From assembly GCF_963921235.1 (NCBI RefSeq), contig NC_086097.1, positions 88,600,001 through 88,664,000 of the forward strand: DNA of 64,000 bases, given 5' to 3'. Made by a program: the position numbers and the translations under genes. The notes below the pieces were generated by a model, which was given only the letters and a program-made list of their open reading frames with translations, made no database searches and was not told the origin of the DNA. Within the stretch, counting starts at the first letter, position 1. Each line of letters opens with the position of its first letter. Below, in pieces: positions 25,960 through 37,699 of this stretch. This stretch comes from Mobula hypostoma. Lineage: Eukaryota.

Positions 25960-26850
25960 TTTAAGATGGTGTTGGTGAAGCACAGTATGGACTTGCTGGC
26001 AGCAAACTTAACTATTAACTACTTTACTAATCACACTTTTTCTGGAAAGCGATTACTGCAATCAGTAGCCTGTAAGCTCCAGTTTCGAGGTGAACTTTTG
26101 AACCGCCTATATGACCTTGCATTTTTGCGGTGTGAGCTGAAGTCTCGAAGGTGCAGGATGATTGTAGCGTGGCTCGTACAGACCGAATTGAGGTGGTGGG
26201 GTCCGAGCCCGAGCCCGAGAGTGGGGGATGAGCTAATGCTTGGCCATTGCTGGAGCAGACCTTGGAGTTGATTCGTAGCGGCAGAACCGAGGTGAGGCAG
26301 AGTTGATGCGGCAGGTCGCAGGCCCAGGAGTGAGGAACGGCCTGCTGATTGGCTGATTTAAGTGCCAGGCCAGACTGGAAAGGTCGGGTACCGGCTGAAT
26401 CGAGCGGTGGGGCCCTGGCCCGAAAGCATATCAAAGTGGTAGGGCCTGGGACTGAGAATGAGGAATGACCCAAAGTTTGGACATTTAAGTGCCAGACAAG
26501 ATTGGAAAGGTCAAGGTTAGGGGGCCAGAGTTCAGCTCACTAGTCAGCAAAGTTTACTCATTACTACACTGAACTGAGGCTGCGGTCTGCAACTAACAGG
26601 CTCCTAGATCGGCTGCAGTGATGACTGGCTTTGTGGCAGTGGATTCATTTTCATGAATTTTAGTTCTGAAGGCTATTTGCTTACTTTTATTGTTTGCATG
26701 ATTTGTTTTTTTTTGCCTGCACTTTGGGTGTTTGACGGTCTTTTTTAATGGGTTCTTTTGGGTTTCTTTGTTTTGTGGCTGCCTGCATGGAGACGAATGT
26801 CAAGGTTGTATATAGAATACGTACTTGGATAATAAATGTACTTTGAACTT
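25960..26850 (+). mobile_element. Full-length-looking non-coding retroposon (~890 bp)
   Basis: Head ttaagatggtg; GC-rich interior with internal repeat tttaagtgccag..ggaaaggtc; tail gttgtatatagaatacgtacttggataataaatgtactttgaactt. Confidence 0.65.
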
Positions 26851-27557
26851 ATGATTAACTTTTGATCAAGTGTGAGTAATAAATGAATCCTGGACGGTAA
26901 TATGCATAAATATGAATAAAATAAACATACAGAGGAAGGGCAGGAAAAAGCAAGGGTGAAATAGCAAGTGATGTAAAAGTTTTAAACCAACAAAAAAACA
27001 CACTTGCTTATTAAGTAAATCACAAGAAATTATTCTAAGAGTTCTCCCCATAGTGAGTGGATTTAATAGGAACAAAGCAAGATTATTACAAAAGAACATT
27101 GCAGGAGAACTGACACTTTAGAATGTTTTCTTTATTTGCTTACGTTCCTAAAATGTGGGCTGCAGCCAAAATCAATGTTTGGATATGTCAGAGAGAGGTC
27201 AATGAGGACCAACAAAACAGAATGAAAAGCTATTACATCAAACCAAAATAATTCCTGCTGCACACAAGGGTATTTTTGAAAGAATGATTGGCAGCGGAAG
27301 CAGAGAAGTAAGAGCAAAGGATGCAGGTCTCCAGTGGGAGTTGATTTACTTTGTACAAGGTGCTATATAAATGCAAATTGAGGTCTCTGCACCAGGCTTC
27401 TGAATGGTACCGCAGTGGGAGGGGTGTATTGATCAATGGGAGACATAAATAGGGCTGAGCTGCTGCAGTGTTTACAAAGTGAGGCGCTGCCTCACGGATC
27501 AATATATCAGATTCGCCAAATTAACTATGTGGATATTGCTTCTTACAAACTAACATG

Positions 27558-27966
27558 TAGATGAGGCCACCCTCAGGGAGAGGAGCGACATCTTATATTC
27601 CGTCTGGGTACCCTCCAACCTGATGACATGACTATTGATTTCTCCTTCTGATGATCAAATCTCACCACCCACCTTCTTCCACTTCCCACTCAGACCTTTC
27701 ACTTTTTCTCACCTGCCTATTACTTACCTCTGGGCCCACTCTTTCTTACCTTTCTCCGATTTTCCACTCTCTTCTATCAGGGTCTTTCTTCTCCAACCCT
27801 TGACCTTACCCACCCACCTGGCTTCACCTAGCCTCTTTCCCCTCGCCCCAACCTTTTTATTCTGGCATCTTCCCCCTTCCTTCTCTGTCCTGATGAAAGG
27901 TTTACTTTTTTCCATAGCTGCTGCCTGACCAGCTGAGTTCCTCCAGCATTTTGTGTGTATTGCTTT
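27558..27966 (+). mobile_element. PLE 3' fragment (GIY-YIG C-terminus + terminal repeat; hammerhead partly deleted)
   Basis: gatgaggccaccctcagg..catcttatattccgtctgggtaccctccaacc (cf. HLIYRLGSLQP); ctgtcctgatgaaagg; ctgagttcctccagcattttgtgtg. Confidence 0.8.
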
Positions 27967-28376
27967 GAAATATAATGTGCTGTTCTGGCTGTAAAACTAA
28001 GGAGACTGCAGTGCAGCCAAAATGTACTGTGATTAACCTATAATGGTTTTAAGAGAAAATACTGAGTACTTAATTAGCTTATAAAAATTAACTTGGGAAG
28101 TTAAAAAGTAATGCAGTTCTGGACTATGATATGCCCTAGGAAAGGGCATCCTGAATAAGTTCAGTTGCTACATATAGATAACCTGCATTAAAAAAAATCA
28201 AAAATAAAAGTCTAGGTTATTGGATATTCTCAGTAGACTGGGTAGCAATTGAGTGGAAAATAAAATTCCTTGTTAATAACCTTTGTCCTTTGCAACTACT
28301 TTGTGGGGGCATTACCAATCACCATAACAAATAGGCTATTTAACTACAGCTGTTGCATCTCCTGCCTTTCTGCTCT

Positions 28377-29345
28377 CAACCCATCTCTTTGCAACCCACC
28401 TCTTCTCAATCCTTCTCTTCTCAACCCATCTCTTCTCAACCCATCTCTTCTCAACCCATCTCTTCGCAACCCATCTCTTCGCAACCCACCTCTTCTCAAC
28501 CCATCTCTTCTCAACCCATCTCTTCTCAACCCATCTCTTTGCAACCCATCTCTTTGCAACCCATCTCTTCTCAACCCATCTCTTCGCAACCCATCTCTTC
28601 GCAACCCACCTCTTCTCAACCCATCTCTTCTCAACCCATCTCTTCTCAACCCATCTCTTCGCAACCCATCTCTTCGCAACCCACCTCTTCTCAACCCACC
28701 TCTTCTCAACCCACCTCTTCTCAACCCATCTCTTCGCAACCCACCTCTTCTCAACCCATCTCTTCTCAACCCATCTCTTCTCAACCCATCTCTTCGCAAC
28801 CCACCTCTTCTCAACCCATCTCTTCGCAACCCACCTCTTCTCAACCCATCTCTTCTCAACCCATCTCTTCGCAACCCATCTCTTCGCAACCCACCTCTTC
28901 TCAACCCACCTCTTCTCAACCCACCTCTTCTCAACCCATCTCTTCGCAACCCACCTCTTCTCAACCCATCTCTTCTCAACCCATCTCTTCTCAACCCATC
29001 TCTTCGCAACCCACCTCTTCTCAACCCATCTCTTCGCAACCCATCTCTTCGCAACCCACCTCTTCTCAACCCATCTCTTCTCAACCCATCTCTTCGCAAC
29101 CCATCTCTTCGCAACCCACCTCTTCTCAACCCATCTCTTCGCAACCCATCTCTTCGCAACCCACCTCTTCTCAACCCATCTCTTCTCAACCCATCTCTTC
29201 GCAACCCACCTCTTCTCAACCCATCTCTTCGCAACCCACCTCTTCTCAACCCATCTCTTCTCAACCCACCTCTTCTCAACCCATCTCTTCTCAACCCATC
29301 TCTTCTCAACCCATCTCTTCACAACCCTTCTCTTTTTCAGCCCTT
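28377..29345. repeat. 15-bp minisatellite, ~64 units (CAACCCAYCTCTTCK)
   Basis: Tandem array read directly from the sequence; variant units translate as NPSLL/NPSLR/NPPLL/NPSLC. Confidence 0.98.
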
Positions 29346-29575
29346 CTCTTCTCAACCCTTCTCATTTGGAGCAGGGAAGTCCTCACCTCTCATCCCATCA
29401 GTCTCCACATTCAATGGACTTTCTTCCCTAATTTTTGACATCTCCAGTGTGGTGTCCCATCTGGACACATTATCCCTCTCCTCTTCCACAACATTCTTCA
29501 GGGATCATTTGTTCTATAACTTCCTGTTTCACTTTCCATTTTCACCAGTACCCACTTGATTTCCTGCAGCTAAAC

Positions 29576-30197
29576 GGGAGGAGAGAGAGCAGCGCGCTGT
29601 GCGTGCGCAGCCCTCCAGTGAAAAATGATATCATATCTGTTAAATAGGGGCTGTAGACAATTCTGATTTGATGGAGACAGACGTGAAAGCACAGAGGAAC
29701 ATCTGGAGAAATTTCTGAAATGCCAGTTCACTGCTGTTGTTACTGCACGGTTGGGAATCTTCCAGAGGGAAGGCCTCAAAATCCCCGGCTTTGCCTGCTG
29801 CTGGCGACCGAGATTGAGGTTGAATCGTTCGGACAGAGATGGCACTCAGTACTCGGAGTCGGAGAGCTGATCGGAGGCTCGAAGTTTTCAGATGACTCGG
29901 AGTCGGACTGTGGTCGGGCATGGCAGGGAGAGTTTTTCTTCCTTCTTCCACCTGCGTGAGATGTGGGATATTTGAGAGACTTTGAACTTTTTACTGTGCT
30001 CATGGACTTCTTCAACAAGTTATGGTATTGTTGCACTGTTGTAACTATATGTTATAATTATGTGTTTCTGTTAGTTTTTTCATTCTTGGTCTGTCCTGTG
30101 TTTTGTGATATCACACCGGAGGCAATATCGTATCATTTCTTAATGCATGCATTACTAAATGACAATAAAAGAGGACTGCGTGTCTTCATAATCTAAA
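29576..30197 (+). mobile_element. Non-coding retroposon (~620 bp), apparently full length
   Basis: TSD ctaaac at 29570-29575 and 30198-30203; CpG-rich head; aataaaa near the end; homologous copy at 12105-12460. Confidence 0.8.
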
Positions 30198-31682
30198 CTA
30201 AACTGTGAAAACTGCAAATAATCAACAGGCCAGGTTTCCTGTGTCACTGTCCAAGGCACACCTCCTTCCTTCCTGTGGTCTGGGAAAACAAATCTTTTGC
30301 TAGGTGAAACAGTGATTTTCTTATTTCTTTCCACTTGTAACTTTAGATAATTATTCCTCTTTCTATTTACACACCATGTAGAACTACATTTATTCAAATA
30401 ATAACCACTTCCATTTACCACCTCATTCACCCTCATCCACCACTCTTTTTGCCCTGCCAGTCATGTGTTTGTATTGGGTTTGCTGACCATGAAGTTCTAA
30501 ACTCTAACAAAGATCTTAAACCCTATCCAATATAGATAACTACAGGTATCCTCACTAAAGAGAGGTTGTACTGTAATCACTTACTCTTCAAAGTCGACTT
30601 CACTTCCCTATTTATCCTCCATGGCTAGTATAGCTGCCCAACATCCATTATTTAAATGGTAGCTCCCCCTCCCCCTTCCTACCAAAGAGGAGATACTTCT
30701 AGCTAACAAAGCAGCTTAAATATAGTTCATTATTTTTAGTGATACATGTTTAAATCCAGCCATAAAGTCTTAAAACATATTTAAAAGTAACAGAGTTTTT
30801 CTATCTTTGCAAATTACAAACACAAAAGTTTCCAAAGCAGGCATGCAATTCCCAAAAAGACATACCAACAAAACACAGACAAATTAATAGCCCGTCGTAG
30901 AAATTGAAGGCAGTGGAATGGTTCCTAGTTCACCCTGTCTTTCTGTCATTCTTCTTGATGTTATTTAAATATTCCTCACAAGCCCAACTGCTCTCTTACA
31001 TTTATACTGAATTTTTTGCCATTTGGGTGACTTCACATGCATATGATACTTTTCCAGATGCCTTTTTACAGAAATTGTCTAAAAGCTTCTAGAGACCGAG
31101 TTCCTAGATACCCACAATTAATGCTATAAAGCTGACTCTTTGAGAACACAATCCTTCCAACTATTAATAGATCAGTTATTTGATGTGCTAAGTGATAGAA
31201 TCAATCTAGTCTGTAAGCTTTCTTGAACTAAATAAATTAGCCAGCATTGTCAGGTTTGAAGCAGGCCAATTAACGTAACCTATCACCTTACACTGCATCT
31301 CTTGAGTACTCAGTGATGTTTGTTTGCAAAACTGTTCTTTTAACTTCAGACTGATTATTGCTTATCATTCGCATTAGGAACTGAAGGCTGGCTCCCGTTT
31401 ATGACAAGAAGCTGATCAAAGAATATTGGTCAGAAGTTTAACTTATTCAGAATCAACTCTTTGATCTCTACAAGTGTCAGCTGCTATGTTAGAAAGCTGC
31501 GCTTAGCGAAAAAGGCCCTGTAGCCCTGATCAGTGAATATTCATCGCATCCCTCCCTCCTCTTCCTAAGCAAAGATTTCTAACTTCTCCTTCTGGAAGTC
31601 AGTTTTGAGATCAGACCCCCACCAAGTCTTCTCTACCACTCCACCAATTGTTCCAGTAAGTTACCAATGCAGAGCTCTTCTT

Positions 31683-32547
31683 CAAAGGTTCAAAGCTTCA
31701 TTTTATTATCAAAGTATGCATGTACAATACAACTTTGATATTTGTCCTCACCAGATAGCCATTAAATAGAGAAAGACCATGGGTGTTGATGAAAGAAAAT
31801 GCATCAGCTTCCCCCTCCCCCACCACCACCACCCCGGCACGCAAAACTCACAAAGCCCAAAATCTATCCCACCCCTGCAGTAAAAAAACGACAATAACAG
31901 TCCCAACCCCCTCACTCCTAGAAAAGAGCAGCAACAGTAATACCAAACCCCCAACCCCCCACATGCAAAAATTTAACCGATTACCCACCCACCAATCTGC
32001 CACAAGAAAGAAACCACCAAAAAAACTGAAGGAAACCAATGTAAAGTACAGTCCAATAATCACATAAGCCTCAGAATATCAGAAACGTCTATTTGTCTGC
32101 ATACGAGAAGAGCAGCTGCATGAACTCAGTCCTTCTGTAAAGCGTGACCGCCAACCTGGATCCTAATGCCTCCTATCTGGCTGCTGACTGTCTCTGTTGG
32201 GAGCCATCTTTGACTCCCTCCACATTCACCTTGATGCGTCAATCTTCCTCGCTGCTTCGAGATGGAGCCGGTCATGATCCCGTGCCTCGTCTCTGGTCTT
32301 TTTCCATAAGTCATCATGTGTTCTCAGTCCTTTTTACCCCCCACCCTATCTTTAATCTCCACAAAGCAGCTCTCCGGACACATCATAGTGCTAGTTCCAA
32401 ACTATGCCACAGGCTCCAACCATTTCCATAACACAAACAAGACAAAAGGAACAAGCAGAAGGCATAGAAAAAGTGAAATAATTGGAGACATTTGCTATCT
32501 GGAAGATGCCGTCTGAGGAATCATTGTTCGCTGGCACCATCTTGATT
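31683..32547 (-). mobile_element. Non-coding AAGATGG-headed retroposon (~860 bp)
   Basis: Minus-strand start aatcaagatggtgccagcg; tail ttgtattgtacatgcatactttgataataaaatgaagctttgaacctttgaa. Confidence 0.7.
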
Positions 32548-32946
32548 AGAAGTCTTGATCCGATGCTAAGAGAACTCATTGAGTACTCCCTTATGTAGGG
32601 GTTTCTGTGTGATCTTCTCTTCAGAATATTCACTTCCTTAATCTCAGCTGCACACATTTCTGAAAGCTCAAAGGATTGTTACCATTATAATTTTCCATAA
32701 ACACGTAATGACTCAATGTCCATATTATAAGTCTACGTTAGTTCATCTTTAAGAATTTCTTTCTCAAAAACAGTTCTTGCTGTTTCCTTAATGCAAGTTT
32801 AACTCACTGTGTCTGTCACCATTAGTTCAACAGGACCGCTAAAGATAGCTGAAAATGTTCATTTCTTTCGCGGGGTGTTTGCTTTCATTTTGATGCAGTG
32901 CAGGATTATCATTCAGGTTTTCTGAAAACAAGTCTTGAAAGCAAGA

Positions 32947-33405
32947 CAGACAACATCCATACGAAGAAGCACTGTCGATATTTCAGGCCAAGACCCTTCG
33001 TCAGGACGAACTGAAAGAAGAGATAGTAAGAGATTCGAAAGTGGGAGGGGAAGGGGGAGATCCGAAATGATAGGAGAAGACAGGAGGGGGAGGGATGGAG
33101 CTAAGAGCTGGAAAGTTGATTGGCAAAAGGGATACGAGGCTGGAGAAGGGAGAGGATCATGGGGCGGGAGGCCTGGGGAGAAAGAAAGGGGGAGGAGAGC
33201 TCGCTCCTATCATTTTGGATCTCCCCCTCCCCCTCCCACTTTCAAATCTCTTACTATCTCTTCTTTCAGTTAGTCCTGACGAAGGGTCTCAGCTCGAAAC
33301 GTCGACTGTGCTTCTTCCTATGGATACTGTCTGGCCTGCTGCGTTCACCAGCATTTTGTGTGTGTTGCTTGAATTTTCAGCATCTGTAGATTTCCTCGTG
33401 TTTGC
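32947..33405. mobile_element. Palindromic PLE terminal-repeat insertion
   Basis: Minus arm ~32947-33195 and plus arm ~33203-33405; perfect 15-bp TSD gtcttgaaagcaaga at 32932-32946 and 33406-33420. Confidence 0.92.
33267..33308 (+). ncRNA. Minimal hammerhead ribozyme motif (a more mutated copy lies on the minus strand at 32972-33013)
   Basis: CAGTTAGTC CTGACGA AGGGTCTCAGCTC GAAACGTC GACTG. Confidence 0.7.
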
Positions 33406-33835
33406 GTCTTGAAAGCAAGAAAATGGTTGCGTATTGCTGTCTTCTTTTTGCCTAAGGATTAGTAATCTCACATTTTAGTTATAGAAAATTATATTCATCA
33501 GTTACATAATTTCACAATATAATAGTATACATATGAGGTGAGGTAATGAAGAGTGTAGTACTCCTGTTGAGGATTCAATAGGTACTTTTAATTCTGGATG
33601 CTCTGAACATGGGGGATGATGATGTCTCTCCCATGGGATTGAATACCCATTGGTGTGCTATAGCGTGGCATTCTGATACCACCCATCTTGTGATGGAGAG
33701 CACTCAGTAAACGCACTCCTTACACATGCGCATTGTCACACGCAAACAAACATTACCTTGTCATTCTGTGTCGTCGCGCTGAGTGTACGCACTTCAGTAA
33801 CTTTCCCCGGTATATTCAAATGACGGGTCCTACAG

Positions 33836-34070
33836 GCAACACACATCAAAGTTGCTGGTGAACGCAGCAGGCCAGGCAGCATCTCTAGGAAGAGGTACAG
33901 TCGACGTTTCAGGCCGAGATCCTTCGTCAGGACTAACTGAAGGAAGAGTGAGTAAGAGATTTGAAAGTGGGAGGGGGAGGGGGAGATCCAAAATGATAGG
34001 AGAAGACAGGAGGGGGAGGGATGGAGCCAAGAGCTGGACAGGTGATTGGCAAAAGGGATACGAGAGGATC
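33836..34070 (-). mobile_element. PLE terminal-repeat fragment with hammerhead motif at 33898-33939
   Basis: Minus strand cagttagtcctgacgaaggatctcggcctgaaacgtcgactg; same subfamily as the 6-kb and 33-kb copies. Confidence 0.85.
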
Positions 34071-34611
34071 TGTGATAGCGAGTCTGAGTCAAAATGTGGT
34101 CGAAAAGTTGAAGAGCAGAAGAAATTACAGATGGGGAGCAGTGAGAGATGGTTTCACTAAACTCCCGTCGAAGAGAGGATTGGCTTTATGGTGCCTTCCC
34201 CACCATGCACGGTGAAATATTCCATTGCTTTGTTCATGGGGATGTGTAAATGTGCATACCTGGTTCGTATTCAAGATAGCTACCTCTGTTTATTTGGTAA
34301 TATGTTTGTAACTGCATTGTTGGGTGCATCATATTCTCATTTATCTGTAATCTTAAGTTAACTTTGTGGGCAATTGAAGATAGTATGACCTGGTGCCTAA
34401 TAAGTGGGGTTCATCACTCTCAGTGTCAGAAAGAGATTGGACTGCCAGGAGTTCACACTGGACAAATATAGTATGGAGCTGTTATTGTGTTTTCTGGTAG
34501 GTATCCTTTTGTAGCTATTGGCAGCTTTCTTTTCACAATTCTTTGTAATTCTAATCTTTGTAAGCTTGATTTTTGACGCTTAACTGTTGTTTAAAAGTTG
34601 TAAAAGAGCGC

Positions 34612-37416
34612 CTGAAGGCTTTGTGTGTCAATGCAAGGAGCATTCGTAACAAGGTGGATGAATTGAAAGTGCAGATTGTTATTAATGATTATGATATAGT
34701 TGGGATCACAGAGACATGGCTCCAGGGTGACTAAGGATGGAAGCTCAATGATCAAGGATATTCAATATTCAGGAGGGATAGAAATGAAAGAAAAGGAGGT
34801 CGGGTAGCATTGCTGGTTAAAGATGAGACTAACACAATAGAAAGGAAGGACATAAGCCGGGAAGATGTGGAATCGATATGGGTAGAGCTGCATAACACTA
34901 AGGGGCAGAAAACGCTGGTGGGAGTTGTCTACAGGCCACCTAACAGTAGTAGTGAGGTCAGAGATGGTATTAAACAGGAAATTAGAAATGTGTGCAATAA
35001 AGGAATATAAGTTATAATGGGTGACTTCAATCTACATGTAGATTGGGTGAACCAAATTGGTAAAGGTGCTGAGGAAGAGGATTTCTTGGAATGTATGCGG
35101 GATGGTTTTTTGAACCAACATTTCGAGGAACCAACTAGAGAGCAGGCTATTCTAGACTGGGTTTTGAGCAATGAGGAAGGGTTAATTAGCAATCTTGTCG
35201 TGAGAGGCCCCTTGGGTAAGAGTGACCATAATATGGTGGAATTCTTCATTAAGATGGAGAGTGACATAGTTAATTCAGAAACAAAGGTTCTGAACTTAAA
35301 GAGGGGTAACTTTGAAGGTATGAGTCGTGAATTAGCTAAGATAGACTGACAAATAACACTTAAAGGGTTGACGGTGGATATGCAATGACAAGCATTTAAG
35401 GATTGCATGGATGAACTACAACAATTGTTCATCCCAGTTTGGCAAAAGAATAAATCAAGGAAGGTAGTGCACCCGTGGCTGACAAAAGAAATTAGGGATA
35501 GTATCAATTCCAAAGAAGAAGCATACAAATTAGCCAGAAAAAGTGGCTCACCTGAGGACTGGGAGAAATTTAGAGTTCAGCAGAGGAGGACAAAGGGCTT
35601 AATTAGGAAGGGGAAAAAAGATTATGAGAGAAAACTGGCAGGGAACATAAAAACTGACTGTAAAAGCTTTTATAGATATGTAAAAAGGAAAAGACTGGTA
35701 AAGACAAATGTAGGTCCCCTACAGACAGAAACAGGTGAATTGATTATGGGGAGCAAGGACATGGCAGACCAATTGAATAATTACTTTGGTTCTGTCTTCA
35801 CTAAGGAGGACATAAATAATCTTCCAGAAATAGTAGGGGACAGAGGGTCCAGTGAGATGGAGGAACTGAGCGAAATACATGTTAGTAGGGAAGTGGTGTT
35901 AGGTAAATTGAAGGGATTAAAGGCAGATAAATCCCCAGGGCCAGATGGTCTGCATCCCAGAGTGCTTAAGGAAGTAGCCCAGGAAATAGTGGATGCATTA
36001 GTGATAATTTTTCAAAACTCGTTAGATTCTGGACTAGTTCCTGAGGATTGGAGGGTGGCTAATGTAACCCCACTTTTTAAAAAAGGAGGGAGAGAGAAAC
36101 CGGGGAATTATAGACCGGTTAGCCTAACAGTGGTGGGGAAACTGCTGGAGTCAGTTATCAAAGATGTGATAACAGCACATTTGGAAAGCGGTGAAATCAT
36201 CAGACAAAGTCAGCATGGATTTGTGAAAGGAAAATCATGTCTGACGAATCTCATAGAATTTTTTGAGGTTGTAACTAGTAGAGTGGATAGGGGAGAACCA
36301 GTGGATGTGGTATATTTGGATTTTCAAAAGGCTTTTGACAAGGTCCCACACAGGAGATTAGTGTGCAAACTTAAAGCACACGGTACTGGGGGTAAGGTAT
36401 TGATGTGGATAGAGAATTGGTTAGCAGACAGGAAGCAAAGAGTGGGAATAAACGGGACCTTTTCAGAATGGCAGGCAGTGACTAGTGGGGTACCGCAAGG
36501 CTCAGTGCTGGGACCCCAGTTGTTTACAATATATATTAATGACTTGGATGAGGGAATTAAATACAGCATCTCCAAGTTTGCGGATGACACGAAGCTGGGC
36601 GGCAGTGTTAGCTGTGAGGAGGATGCTAAAAGGATGCAGGGTGACTTGGATAGGTTGGGTGAGTGGGCAAATTCATGGCAGATGCAATTTAATGTGGATA
36701 AATGTGAAGTTATCCACTTTGGTGGCAAAAATAGGAAAACAGATTATTATCTGAATGGTGGCCGATTAGGAAAAGGGGAGGTGCAACGAGACCTGGGTGT
36801 CATTATACACCAGTCATTGAAAGTGGGCATGCAGGTACAGCAGGCGGTGAAAAAGGCAAATGATATGCTGGCATTTATAGCGAGAGGATTAGAGTACAGG
36901 AGCAGGGAGGTACTACTGCAGTTGTACAAGGCCTTGGTGAGACCACACCTGGAGTATTGTGTGCAGTTTTGGTCCCCTAATCTGAGGAAAGACATCCTTG
37001 CCATAGAGGGAGTACAAAGAAGGTTCACCAGATTGATTCCTGGGATGGCAGGACTTTCATATGAAGAAAGACTGGATGAACTAGGCTTGTACTCGTTGGA
37101 ATTTAGTAGATTGAGGGGGGATCTGATTGAAACGTATAAAATCCTAAAGGGATTGGACAGGCTAGATGCAGGAAGATTGTTCTCGATATTGGAGAAGTCC
37201 CGAACGAGGGGTCACAGTTTGAGGATAAAGGGGAAGCCTTTTAGGACTGAGATTAGGAAAAACTTCTTCACACAGAGAGTGGTGAATCTGTGGAATTCTC
37301 TGTCACAGGAAACAGTTGAGGCCAGGTCATTGGCTATATTTAAGAGGGAGTTAGATATGGCCCTTGTGGCTACGGGGATCAAGGGGTATGGAGGGAAGGC
37401 TGGTGCAGGGTTCTGA
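34612..37416 (+). pseudogene. CR1 ORF2 (APE endonuclease + reverse transcriptase), single frame with 4 internal stops; element 3' UTR extends to ~37508
   Basis: [77 protein letters not shown] all in one frame; stops at 34732, 35008, 35347, 35386; tail ttctatatttctatgt. Confidence 0.97.
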
Positions 37417-37699
37417 GTTGGATGATCAGCCATGATCATAATAAATGGCGGTGCAGGCTCGAAGGGCTGAATGGCCTACTCCTGCACCTATTTTCTATAT
37501 TTCTATGTTCATCCTTTGGGACACTTCTCTGTTTTCTTGGATGTTCGTGAAGAAAAAGCATTTCAGGATGTATATTGTATGCATTTCTCTAACATTAAAT
37601 TGGACTTTTGAATCTAATAAACATCCTTGCACCGAAGTGCTAAGCACCTCCAGCCATTTTATTTTCTTTCAGTCATAATCTACAGTTTAACAAATGGTG

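Larger units (their letters stand above)
28300..30480 (+). mobile_element. Ancient PLE remnant hosting the minisatellite and a retroposon
   Basis: 29375-29540 parallels VPLVLTYHPTSLRIQHIILRNFRHLQ..FHRDRSLRDSL of the 40495 ORF; ~30240-30280 parallels TIQGPKQSFQV; boundaries approximate. Confidence 0.5.

Noticed and set aside
28377..29345. CRISPR-like array
   Set aside because: There are no unique spacers, the repeat is purely tandem, and the context is eukaryotic
28270..29559. Long ORFs of 321-429 aa on both strands
   Set aside because: They are artefacts of a stop-free 15-bp tandem repeat that is open in several frames; no domain or gene structure
33689..34600. Possible 5' LTR/leader of the Gmr1-like element
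   Set aside because: No PBS or matching second LTR found
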